This document shows, one piece after another, positions 52,101 through 64,000 of a stretch of 64,000 bases of DNA. The stretch is from Geosiphon pyriformis uo1 (lineage: Eukaryota; Fungi; Glomeromycota). The first letter of the stretch is position 1. Each line of letters starts with the position of its first letter. The DNA lies in contig JAAOMT010000352.1 of assembly GCA_016748015.1 (NCBI GenBank), positions 248,001-312,000 on the forward strand, read 5' to 3'. Both the position numbers and the translations under genes were made by a program. The notes beneath the pieces are model-generated. The model did not search any database, was not told where the DNA came from, and saw nothing but the letters and a program-made list of their open reading frames with translations.

Positions 52101-53971
52101 CAGACCAGTGAATAAGAGCAGCAGCAGCAAAAGAAGTGTCTTTGAATTAAACCACAGCATATTGTCATAAACCAGCAGGCTTTAACTTGACAGAAGTGAC
52201 AATACCAAAAATGTCAAGAACAGCTTTGATGTCATTAAAAGAGATACTCAAGGGTACATTATAAAGTGCAACTGACAAAAGAAAAGAGAAACAGAGGCCA
52301 CACCAGAAGACTGTGCAATCTTAAGAGTAATTAAAAAAACTTCATTACTAATGACCACTTTGGTGGCACTATTTAGACTCTTCTGAGATGCAAATTTCAC
52401 ACAGAACAACTTGACAATATCTTGTAAAACAGACTTAAGCCCAATACAACCAGGCAGTAATTAAAACAAAGAACTGAGCAGGGCTATTTTAATCTTAAAT
52501 ATTGTACCAAACACTAGAGTAGAGGCCACCCATCCAGAGAACCTCTGATAATTATTCACATTTATTCAAGCATCATTACTAACAGTGCCAAAAACTGAAA
52601 AAGAAGTAGTTAATTCTATTTCTATCTGATTGGCCCAATCTTTGAGATCATCTGAAGTGATAAACTGTTTTATTTCTATAACAGATAATGATCTGTTAGA
52701 GAATACTACATCAGATAATACAATCAGTAATTGATCTTGCCTCATTTTAAATAATGTGCTATTGCTGTTGCTATTGTTATCCATATTAGAAAGAGAGCTG
52801 GCTGCTGTTATAAAGATTTTTTCCAAGATTTTATCTGGAGTTTGATGTCACCAAAGCAGTTGCAAATATCTGCTGCTGTTTTTTGGACTTTTTGGCTTTT
52901 TAAGCCATTTGTAAAGTAGTAGTAGTAGTAGTAGTAGTAGTAATGGGAGTAGTAAGGGCAGGAAAGACCAACTTGTTAACTGGTTTGTTATTAAAAATTT
53001 TTGGGCTTTTTGAAATGGTAGAAACAATACTAAGACTAACCCAAGTGTGCTTTTTTGAAAAAACTTTGACAGATAAAGAACTACTAGTCAAAGATAAAGA
53101 AAATAAACCAGAAGCTGCTAAAGACAGCTTTTTACTAATGTTTTTTAGAAAAAATATAGCCAAAACATTTTGTTTAGTTGTTTCAATAACAGAGAGATTC
53201 TTTTATGTTGAAACTTTATTAGTTACTATAGAAAAAATAATGTTTGCAACTTTTTTACTCTTAACTCTTGTTATGGTCATAAAAAATAGAAGAGAAAAAG
53301 TTTTTTTTTTATCTTTGTAGATATTTAAGATATTTATCTTAAGTTTTTGAGTATACTATTATGTCATTCAAATAGACCAAAACAAAGTTTTTTTTTACTG
53401 ATTTAAATACTTTGTCCATTAAGTATTGAAAAAAAGAAGAAGTATTGATAAGACCAAAAAACATAACTGTAAATTTATAAGTGCCATACTTGGTAATGAA
53501 AGCAGTTTTTTTTCTGTTTTCTGGATCCATCTCTACTTGCCAGAATTTAGCAATTAAGTCAATAGTTAAAAAGAAAGCAGCACTATTGAATTTGTCTAAC
53601 ATTGCATCAATTTTGGAAGTGGATATATGTTTTTTTTAATAATGGTATTTAATTGGCAATAATCAACATAAAAGTGTAAGATTCTATTTTTCTTGAATAT
53701 CACTACAACTAGAAATGCCTATTTATTCTTGGTTTTTTGTATGAATTCAAAGTTTTTTGTCTGGTTTATTTTTTTTATTATTGTGGTGATTGGATTAATA
53801 AGGCTTCAAATAGATAGAACAAGTTTTTTGATAGTAATAATATAATGTATTATATGAGTATATCTAAGAGTATCACTTTCTTTTGATATAACTGGGCTAT
53901 TTTTAGCCAGTAGGTTTTTAATGTCCACTTTTCTTTCTTCAGAAAAGAAATCTCTGTTTTTTATTAATAGT
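49193..53971 (-). mobile_element. Family B copy B5 (internal RT-RH-IN fragment), heavily degraded
   Basis: IN, RH and RT remnants (VYLNDI at ~53363); RT interrupted by the 50881-53310 insertion. Confidence 0.9.
50881..53310 (-). mobile_element. ORF1-only non-LTR element, copy 2
   Basis: Poly(T) at 50878-50886; AATAAA at 50911-50916; degenerate TSD with core TAGATATTT (50872-50880 and 53318-53326); host RT resumes after it. Confidence 0.87.
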
Positions 53972-54000
53972 TATTACAGATTGGAATAACAAGCTAAAGC

Positions 54001-56414
54001 AAAAAACTCTTTCTCTCCTATTTTTTATGACCATAACAAAAATTAAGAATAAAAAAGTTGTAAATATTACTTTTCCTATAGTAACTAATAAAGTTTCAAC
54101 ACGAAAGAATCTCTCTGTTATTGAAGCAGCTAAATAAAATGTTCTGGTTACATTTCTCTTAAAAAACATTAGTGAAAAGCTGCTTTTAACAGCTTCTGGT
54201 TTATTTTCTTCATCTTTGGCTGGTAGTTCTTCACCTGTCAAAGTTTCTTCAAAAAACACACTTGAGTTAGTCTTAGTGTTGTCTTTACTATTTCAAAAAG
54301 CCCAAAAATTTTTAATAACAGACCAGTTAACAAGTTGGTTTTTCCTGTTCTCACCATTCTTACTACTATTACTACTATTACTTCACAAATGACTTAAAAA
54401 GCCAAAAAGTCCAAAAAACAGCAGCAGGCATTTACAACTGTTTTGGTGACACCAAATCCCAGATGAGATCTTGGAAAAAATCTTTACAGTAGCAGCCAGC
54501 CCTTTTCCTAATATAAATGACAACAGCAACAGCAATAGCACATCATTTAAAATAGAACAAGATCAACTACTGGCTGTATTGTCTAATGTGGTATTCTCTA
54601 ACAAATCATTACCTGTCATAGAAGCAAAACAGTTCATTACTTCAGATGATTTTAAAGATTGGGCCAATTAGATGAAAATAGAATCAACTGCTTTTTTTTC
54701 AGTTTCTGGCACTGCTAATAATGATGCTTGGATAAATGTAAATGGTTATCAGAGGTTCTCTGGATGGGTGGCCTCTACTCTAGTATCTGGTACAATATTT
54801 AAGATTAAAATGGCCCTGCTCAGTTCTTTGTTTTAATTACTGCCTGGTTGTATTGGGCTTAAGTCTGTTTTACAAGATATTGTCAAGTTGTTCTGTGTGA
54901 AATTTGCATCTCAGAAAAGTTTAAATAGTATTACCAAAGTGGTCATTAGTAATGAAGTTTTTTTAATTACTCTTAAGATTACACAGTCTTCTGGTGTGGT
55001 CTTTGTTTCTCCTCCCTTTTGTCAATTACACTTCATAATGTACTCTTGAATACCTCTTTTAATAATATTAAAGCTGTTCTTGACATTTTTGGTGTTGTCA
55101 TTTCTGTTAAGTTAAAGCCTGCTGGTTTATGACAATATGCTATGGTTTAATTCAAAAACATTTTTTCTGCTGCTGCTGCTTTTATTTATTGGTTTGTTTT
55201 GGTTAGGAAAGACAGTATTAGAATTCTCTTTGTTGTTAACCAAAATGAAATTATTTCTTCAAGAAATGCTTTTAAGACTAAATTGGTTAATCTTCTCTTT
55301 GGCTGTACTGTCTTTGAGATAAGTAATTTGGTCTCCCAAATTGGTGACCAAACATGTTTCATTTTTTGCTCATCTAAATCATACTAATGTTAATGCTTTG
55401 CTGTGGTTATCTTTGATTCTTTGAAATCTCTGAATATTGCTGTGTCAAAAACTGGTACCTTATATGGTTGCCATATTTAGTAAAAAACTCCTAGATATTA
55501 CCACTGCCACAAGTGTCAAAACTTGAATTATTTGGCTGTAAACTGCAAGATGTTACTTTTATTTCGATCCAAATTATCTTTCAACACTTTTGATGGCCCC
55601 AAAGTCTTCTAATTTTCATTTGCTAATTCTAAATTTTATGTCAAAGCTGCTGTCTTTGTGGTTTCTTCTGTTGTTGCTGCTGCTAATATAAACTTGGATT
55701 TTGGTGGTCTTCCCAAAACTACAAAACTCATGGTGCCTGTTGTTTTTTCTGCTTTCAATATTGCTATTAAATCTAGATTGGCTTCTCTGAAATTCTATCT
55801 TAGTGAACTTTTTTTGTTAATAAAATTTTTGGTTAAACTTGTTGATACTTTGGTTGTATTGGTTACTAAATTGCTGTCTACTTCACTTGTTATGGATGTG
55901 TTAGTAAAGAAAAGTGTGGCTGTTTTGGCTAAGCAAAATAAAGATTTTGCTGCTGTTACTTTTATAATGTAGAAAAAAATGACACATCTTGAGAAAAAGT
56001 GTGAACAGGCCTGTTTAAAATATGTATCAGATAATGATAATATAGTTGATAATAATGATAATGATGTTAAGAATTATTTTGTTTATAATGACACTTTTGA
56101 TCTTATGATAAATTTATGAGAAAATTAGCCTTCCAGTATCAAATCCAATTCTGATCAGACTGTTAAGTAGATAAATAGTATAGTTAAGAATAGTTATAAG
56201 CTTGTTGGCATTATGAGTAAGATGTATAAATTAAATTTGTTTAATATATTAGATAGCAAAGATAGTATTAGTGTATAATTAGAGCTTTCCACTTGTGATT
56301 AGTTACATCTTGTAATTTTTGTATTATTGAGTAAGCTGGCTTTATGAAAACACTACAATTTTGTAAACATAAACTAATAAACATCTGGTATGGCTACACA
56401 TTAACAAAAAAAAA
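54001..56414 (+). mobile_element. ORF1-only non-LTR element, copy 3
   Basis: ATG at 54027; decayed ORF to ~56278; knuckle CHKCQNLNYLAVNC; AATAAA 56376-56381; A9 at 56406-56414; inserted near the end of a B LTR (TSD only partly preserved). Confidence 0.87.
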
Positions 56415-57026
56415 GTAACAACAGATAGCAAAGAAAAACAAGATTATAGGATAATAAAAAAAATCAAAAAAAATTCAACTTCAAAGAGTAAATTGAATAA
56501 GTATGGATTCAATATGTAAGATTAGTTTTATAAAATATCTCAGTTATTATATTTTTAAAAGATAATTAGAGAATTTAAAAGTAAAGAAATAGTTTATACT
56601 GTCAACAAATAATTATATACTGGTATAATTCTATGTCTCACATTGACACTTTTAGAATTCAATATCAGATATTAAATGTACTCTTCAATTATGTTTAATT
56701 CAATAATTTTTAAATATTACAATTACACATTTTAGGAAAATATAGAAAATAACCAACAAGTAATCTTTTATCCCAATATGTTTGAATACTTAAAGGTAAG
56801 AAAAAAGAAATTAGCAATAAAAGAAAGATTGAGATGAAATTTGATATTTTATTTATTTTATTTTCTTGATTTCTGACATGTATTTCTATAGCTAAGAGAT
56901 TCATTGCTTATATAGCTATTAAAATTTGTCAATGATCAGGTCAACAACTAGATCAATAATCAAGTTAATGATTAGTTCAATATTTAGGTCAATAATCAGA
57001 TTAATGATCAAGTCAATAATCACTAT

Positions 57027-57763
57027 TGTTACAAGTTGGAGTAACAAGCTAACAGATAGCAAAAAAAAACAGGATTGTAGAATAATGAAAGAAATTAAAG
57101 AAAATTCAACTTCAAAGAGCAAATTGAATGAGTATAGATTCAATATGTGAGATTAGTCTCATAAAATATCTCAATTATTATACTTTTTAAAAGATAACTA
57201 AAAAATCTAAAGATAGAGAGATAATCTATACTGTCAACAAATAATCACACACTGGTATAATTCTATGCCTCATGTCAGTGCTCTTAGAATTCAATATTAG
57301 GTATCAAATGTACTCATTAGTTACATTTTATTTAATAATCTTCAAATACTGCAATTACACATTTTAGAAAAAAGATAAAAAATAACCAACAAGTAATCTT
57401 TTATCCCAAGATGTTCAGATACTTGAAAGTAGAAAAAGAAAAATTAGTGATAAGAGAAGAATTAAGATAAAGTTGTTATTTTATTTATTTTTTTTCTTTG
57501 ATTTTTACATGCTTTTCTACAGCTAAAAAATTTATTGCTTATATAGTTATTAAAAGTGGTCAATGATCAGATTAATGACTAGGTCAATAATCAGGTCAAT
57601 AATCAGGTCATTGATCAAGTCAATAATTAGGTCAATAATCAGGTCAATGGTCAGGTCATTAATCAGGTTAATGATTATTTTCTAAAAATAGAGTGGTTAT
57701 TATATAATATCAGTGGCTAATACATGTGATAATTAATAAGAAGTATAGGTTTCAACCATAACA
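57027..57763 (-). repeat. Solo LTR of family B inserted in another B LTR
   Basis: TGTTACAAG...CCATAACA flanked by CTAT/TTAT (4-bp TSD with one C>T). Confidence 0.88.
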
Positions 57764-60674
57764 TTATCTAAAAATAAAGTGGCTAATTATATGATATCAA
57801 TGTCTAATACATGTGATAACTAATAAATAGTATAGGTTTCAATCATAATATTATCTTTTTTAAAGAGATTGAGCTCTAATGAAATCAAGCTATTTATGAA
57901 ATAATCTATTTGAAGAGTTTTGTTTAATTCAAAGCTAACTAGTTTATTGAAGTCTTTGGTAAATAAGGTATATAATAGTTAAGACAAAATAAGTTTTGTA
58001 TTCAAGAAACCAAATTTTTGTATTAGAGTTTTGGTTCTTTTAGCAATAGTTAAAACTCTTGGAATATCTAATCATATAATGTCCAAAATTTTTGTCTGTA
58101 TTTCTAAAGTTGTTTTCTTTATTAGTTTCATGTTCTCTATAATTTTATCAAGACAACCATAAAGTTCTATTTGCCTTCCATATAACAAGTTTTTGTCTAT
58201 GGGCAAGATTTCTTGGATTGTTTTTCCAATTGTGCTAGAAAGTAAGAGTATAGCTACTGTTATACTTTTTAACAGATATTTATCTATTTTGCTACCAATT
58301 TTTTCTCTTTTGATAGTGGTTTTTTTAAGTCTAATAACAGTATGTGTTTTATTATTATTAGTTATAGTGGTTTGTTTTCTAATAGTCAAAGTAGCATTTA
58401 GATAGTTTTTGATTTAATATTCATAAAAAGTATAGAAGGTGTTTTAAATGTTTTAATTCAGGAAATAATTATTCATGTCAATTAAAGATACCTCTGTTTT
58501 GGGAATAATATATTTATTTATACTTAATTTTTGCTGATCATTTAAGTTGGTATTACCACAACAGGCAACCAATCAGATCATTTATAATATTTTTTAAGTC
58601 ATATACTATGAATAAGATAATCATTAAAGATTGTTCCAAATTGATCTTAAAGAATATAAAAACTATTGTTCAAAACTTTGTTGATTATAAAGGGTCTTTT
58701 CTATTGGCTAAAGAATTTATCACCATAGATATTGTCTCTGTCTGAACAATATTCTAATACTAAATTATTAACACTTAAGAAAAGTGTTTTATAAGTTTTT
58801 TTTTTTTAAGCTTTTCTTAGAACTGTTTTATCTTTTCAAAGACAATTATTTATGCTTCTATCAAGGAGTCAAAAATAATATTAAGTCTTCTTTGCAAAAT
58901 GTTTTTATAATTTTCTATTGTGATTTTTTCAAAGAGTATTGTTTCAATGTCAATTTCTATTGGTAGTGTTGTCATGTGTTTATAGAGCAGATAAAAAGAT
59001 TCATAACTTGTTATATCATAATTCACAGTTTTATAAGCAAATAAAGCTGAAGGCAGTACTTTGTTCCATAAGTTTGTTTTTTTATTGGTTTTGGCTAAGG
59101 TTTTACATAGTGTTCTATTGAAATGTTCTACTAGGTTTTTTGTTTGAAAGTGATAAGGAAAGGAAAGTTTATGATGTATTCCTATTTTTCTACAAAGTTC
59201 TTCAACCAGTGTACTAAGAAAAGCTCTTTCTTTATCAAATAAAAGTTTTTTGGAGCAGCCATAACAGCAAATAATATCTTCATAAATAAAGTTGACTATT
59301 GAAACTGTTGTTTAGTCTGGAGTGGCTCTTGCTTTTACTCATTTTATAAAATAATTGGTAGCTATAATAATGTATCTATTGCTATTAAGAGTTATTGTTA
59401 AGAGTCCAATAACATCTATACCAATTCTATCAAATAGTTGGCCAACAGAAATTGAATAGATATTTTCCATTCAGTTGGGTTTTTTTTTCTTTGGCAGATG
59501 TTACAGATTTTGGTATACTCAGCAATGTCTTTTTTTAAAGTAGGTTAATAATAGCAAGCTAAAGTTTTCTGAATTTTTTTTGTTTTTTCAAAGTGTTTAG
59601 CTAATGGATTAGTGTACATATTATAGATCACAATTTTTCTTTCTTCAAATCTAATGACTCTCTGAGGGTGATTAAGATCTTTTTTATTTCTTTTATATAG
59701 TTGGTTCTGGCAAATCAAATAGAAATTTGATTGTTTGCATAAATATTCTCTTTGCTGTTGAGTGTATTCTGGTGGATATTGTTTTTTACCCAAAAATTCC
59801 ATTAAGGCAAAGTAGTTGTCCAAGTCCATTATTATGTTTGTTTATAAGATTATTACTAATAATTAAGTTGATTTAGTTAAGAGATTGTATTATCACTGGA
59901 TGATAAGTCTAGAGAAAGTATCAGTGTTTTGATGATTTGCTCTTTTGCAGTGTTAAATATCATAGTCTAATTCATCCAGGTGGAGTATCCAGCAAGTTAT
60001 TTGTTTGTGTTCTAGCTTTTTTTTTATTGTGCAGTCAAACCAAAGCTTAATAATCTATTACTACTAGGAATTTCACACCAAGAAGATATTGGTCCCAGTA
60101 ACTAATAGTCTAAACTACTGCTAAGTATTCTTGTTCAGTAACTAAATAGTTCTTTTCTGCTGATATAAGGATTCTACTGGCATATGCTATAACATGTTTC
60201 ATGCTATCTTCATTTTTCTGTAAGAGAACAGCACCAAGTCTATAGCCAGATGTATTAGTGTGTAGAATAAAAGGTTGGTCCAGATCAGATTGTTTAAGGA
60301 TTGATTTAGTAACAAGTTTTTTTTTTAAAGTTTCAAAAGCTTTTTGTTAATAAATGTTCCAATAATAATTGATATTTTTTTTGAGTAGCTGATTAAAAAA
60401 AAAGGTGATTTTAGAGAAATTCTTGATAAATTTGTCATAGTAAGAAGCCAAACCAAAAAAAGAGTATAGTTTAAGAACATTCATTGGTTGTCTAATGTTC
60501 AACTTTGGCTGAATTAAGAAAGATTCTATCTTTTGTAATAAGATGACCAAAGAACTGGGTGGATTGTCATCCAAAGAAAAATTTGATTGGATTTATCTTA
60601 AGACCAGTATTTCTAAAAAGATTAAAAACCTTTTACAAGTATTTAAAATGTTCATTCCAGATTTTTGAGTATAC

Positions 60675-63000
60675 TGTTACAAATTGAAGTAACAAGTTAA
60701 TGGATAGCAAAAGAGAACAGGATTGTAGGGTAATGAAAAAAATTAAAGGGAATTCAATTTCAAAGAGCAAATTGAATAAGTATGAATTCAATATACAAGA
60801 TCAGTCTCATAAAATATCTCAGTTGCTATACTTTTCAAAAGATAATTAAAAAATTTGAAAGTAGAAAAATAGTCCATACTGTCAACAAATAATCACACAC
60901 TGGTATAATTCTATGTCTCACATCAGCATTCTTAGAATTCAATATCAGGTATCAAATATACTTTTCAGTCATGTTTTATTTAATAATTTTCAAATACTAT
61001 AATTACATGTTTCAGAAAAAGGATAGAGAATAATTAACAAGTAGTTTTTTATTCCAAGATGTTTAGATACTTAAAAATAGGAAAAGAGAAATTAGCAAGA
61101 AGAGAAAAATTGAAATAAAGTTGTTATTTTATTTCTTTTTTTTCTTTGATTCTTATATATTTTTCTATAGTTAAAAGATCTATTGCTTATATAGCTATTA
61201 AAAGTGGTCAATGATCAAGTTAACAACTAAATCAATAATTAGATCAATGATCAGATTAATGATCAGGTCAATGATCAGGTCATTGATCAAATCAATAATC
61301 AGGTCAATAATTAAGTTAATGATCAGGTTATTAATCAAGTTAATAATCACTATCTAAAAATAGAGTGGCTAATTATATGACATTAGTGGTTAATACATGT
61401 AATAATTAATAAGAAGTGTAGATTTCAACCATAATATCATTCTTTCCAAAGAGATTGAGCTCTGGTAAAATCAAGTTATTCATAGTGTAATCTATTTAAA
61501 GAGTTTTATCTAACTCAAAGCTAACTAGTTTATTGAAGTTTTTTGTGGATAGAGTATATAATACTTAAAGTGAAATGAGTTTTGTATTTAAGAGACCAAA
61601 TCTTTGTATTAGAGTTTTGGCTTTTTTAGCATTAATTAAAACTCTTGGGATATCTAACCATATAATACCCAAAATTTTTTCCTTTATCTCTGAAGTTGTT
61701 TTCTTTATGAGTTTCATATTTTCTATGATTTCTCTAAAGTGATCATAGAGTTTTAATTGCCTTCTATATAACAAATTTTTGTTTATAGGCAAGATTTTTT
61801 GGATTGTTTTTCTAATTGTGCTAGAAGGTAAGAGTATAACTGCTGTTATACTTTCTAACAAATATTTATCTATTTTGCTACCAATTTTTTCTCTTCTGGT
61901 AGTAGTTTTCTTTGGTCTAATAACAGTATGTATTCTACTGTTATCAGTTATAATGGTTTGTTTTTCAATGGTCAAAAAAACATTTAGATGGTTTTTGATC
62001 CAATATTCATGGAGAGTATAGAAAACATTTTGAATGTTTTGATTCAGAAATAATTGTTCATGTCAATTAAAGATACCTCTGTTTTGGGAATGGTGCATTT
62101 ATTTATACTTAATTTTTGCTGATTATTTGGATCAGTATTACTATAATAGGCAATCAATCAAGTTATTTATAATATTTCTTGAGTTGTGTACTATAAACAA
62201 GATGATCATTAAAGATTGTTCTATATTGATCTTAAAGAATATAAGAATTATTGTTCAAAACTTTGTTGACTATAAAAAGTTCTTTCCATTGGTTAGAAAA
62301 TTTATTATTATAGACATTGTCTTTGTTTAAATGGTATTTTAATATCAAGTCACCAATACTTAAAGAAAATGTTTTATAGGTTTTTTTTTCTTAAGCTTTT
62401 TTTGGAACTGTTTTATCTTTTCAAAAGCAATTATTTGTGTTTCTACCAAGAAGTTAAAAATAGTACCAAGTTTTTTTTGCAAAATGTCTTTGTAATTTTC
62501 TATTGTAATTTTTTCAAAAGATATTGTCTTAATGTCAATATTTATTAGTAGTGTTGCCATGTATTCATAGAACAAATAAAAAAGTTCATAACTTGTTATG
62601 TCATAATTTACAGTTCTATAAGCAAACAAAGCTGAAAACAGTACTTTGTCTTATATATTTGTTTTTTTACTGGTTTTGGCTAAAGTTTCACATAGTGTTT
62701 TATTGAAAAGATAATGTATTCTTATTTTTCTACAAAGTATTTTAACCAGTGTACTGATAAAAGCTTTTTCTCTATCAAATAAATTGTTCTTTGGGACAGC
62801 CATGATAGCAGATGATATCTTTATAAATAAAATTGGCTATTGAGACTGCTGTTTGGTTTGGAGTGGTTCTTGTTTCTACCCACTTTGTAAGATAGTTGGT
62901 AGCTGTGATAATATATCTGTTGCCATCAGGAGTTATTGTTAAAAGTCCAACAACATCTATACCAATTCTGTCAAATGGTTAACCAACAGAGATTGGATGG
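60675..63000 (-). mobile_element. Family B copy B7 (3' LTR 60675-61436, ORF3, C-terminal part of IN)
   Basis: LTR termini; ORF3 fragment 61565-61975; IN to PFDRIGID. Confidence 0.9.
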
Positions 63001-63565
63001 TATTACTGGAGGTTTTTGGTCTCTTTTCTTGAATGTTGTTAATGCTGATTTGCTGTAAATTCACATTCTCAGGAAGTAGTTGGACCTCCAGTAACTGAAT
63101 TTATCTTCAAATTATTTCCTATAATTTGAACTACTGGACTTATAAGTGGAATGGCCAGTTATTTTATGTAGTTACGTTGTAGTAAATATCAACTTTTTTC
63201 CAGGAATTGCTTATCTGGAAGCTTACTAAAATGTGTAGTTACTTTGCTGTAAAAGTCAACTCTTCTACAGGAATTTCATCTGTAGACTACTCTAATAATT
63301 ATAATAAGAAAAGAAAGAAAAATAAAAGAAATGTAAAAGAAATAGAATTCTAACAAGGGAAACATTTTCTATCCAGGCCTGGAATTACTAACAAATTACT
63401 GAAATTGGTAGCTAATCAATTTCGAAATGTTAGTTGTGTTAAAAGAATTTCAAGTGCAATAATCAAAGAATTTGGTTTTCGAATATTTAATTTTTATTTG
63501 AATGTGTAAAAGATGATTTGTTTCAATTAAGATATCTAAAGTAAAGTACTATGATAAGATACTAT
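63001..63565 (-). repeat. Family A-type LTR (partial) inserted in the B7 integrase
   Basis: Colinear with 5125-5680, starting exactly at the LTR terminus. Confidence 0.87.
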
Positions 63566-64000
63566 TGTTATGATTGAAACCTATACTTCTTATTAATTAT
63601 CATATATATTAGTCATTGATATCACATAAATTAGCCACTCTATTTTTAGAAAATAATCATTGATCTGATCATTGACCTAGTCATTAATCTGATCATTGAT
63701 CACTTTTGACAGCTATATAAGCAATGAATCTTTTAATTGTAAAAAACATTAAAAAATCAAGAAAATCAAATAAATAAAATAACAACTTTCATTTTAATCT
63801 TTCTCTTATCACTAATTTCCCTTTCCTTACCTTCAAGTATCTGAACATCTTAAAAGATAAAAGATTATTTGTTGACATTTACCTACACTTTTTCTGAAAT
63901 ATATAAGTGTAGCATTTAAAGATTATTGAATAAAATGTGACTAAAGAGCACATCTGATACTTGATATTGAATTCTAAGAGTGCCAACATGAGACATAGAA
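63566..64000 (+). repeat. Family B LTR (partial, runs off the window)
   Basis: TGTTATGATTGAAAC start; colinear with 21823 onward. Confidence 0.9.

Larger units (their letters stand above)
53972..60674 (-). mobile_element. Family B copy B6 (3' LTR 53972-57850 with two insertions; ORF3, IN, RH, part of RT)
   Basis: LTR pieces 53972-~53998, 56415-57026 and 57764-57850; body truncated in RT at 60674. Confidence 0.9.

Noticed and set aside
1-64000. Alternative genetic code (TGA=Trp, TAA=Gln) suggested by stop positions
   Set aside because: Stops differ between copies and other copies have TGG/CAA at the same sites, so they are transition mutations
1-64000. Host protein-coding, tRNA or rRNA genes
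   Set aside because: Every segment is accounted for by retroelement parts; the tRNA-like matches are only primer-binding sites

Overview
The whole 64 kb is AT-rich, strongly CpG-depleted eukaryotic repeat DNA with no recognisable host gene. It looks fungal; the protein style suggests Glomeromycotina such as Geosiphon, but that is inference. It is a deeply nested pile of decayed Ty3/Gypsy LTR retrotransposons from four families, here called A, B, C and D (order gag-PR-RT-RH-IN, no chromodomain). Families A, C and D carry a Cys-rich module and a dUTPase between protease and RT. Families B, C and D carry an unannotated, non-env third ORF between integrase and the 3' LTR. Two non-autonomous elements are also present. 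(i) A ~2.4 kb poly(A)-tailed element encodes only a LINE ORF1-like protein (3 RRM-like domains, CCHC knuckle, coiled coil) with no RT. It resembles HAL1 ('half-L1') and occurs as three full copies plus a 5' fragment, with a clear 12-bp TSD on one copy. (ii) A 3.45 kb LTR deletion derivative of family C is filled with tandem repeats and has a 4-bp TSD. LTR junctions show a staircase of nested insertions closing from 1 to ~49 kb and a second nest opening at ~54 kb. Decay is dominated by C>T/G>A changes on both strands and does not follow insertion order. Domain coordinates inside decayed elements are approximate; LTR and TSD ends were read directly from the sequence.
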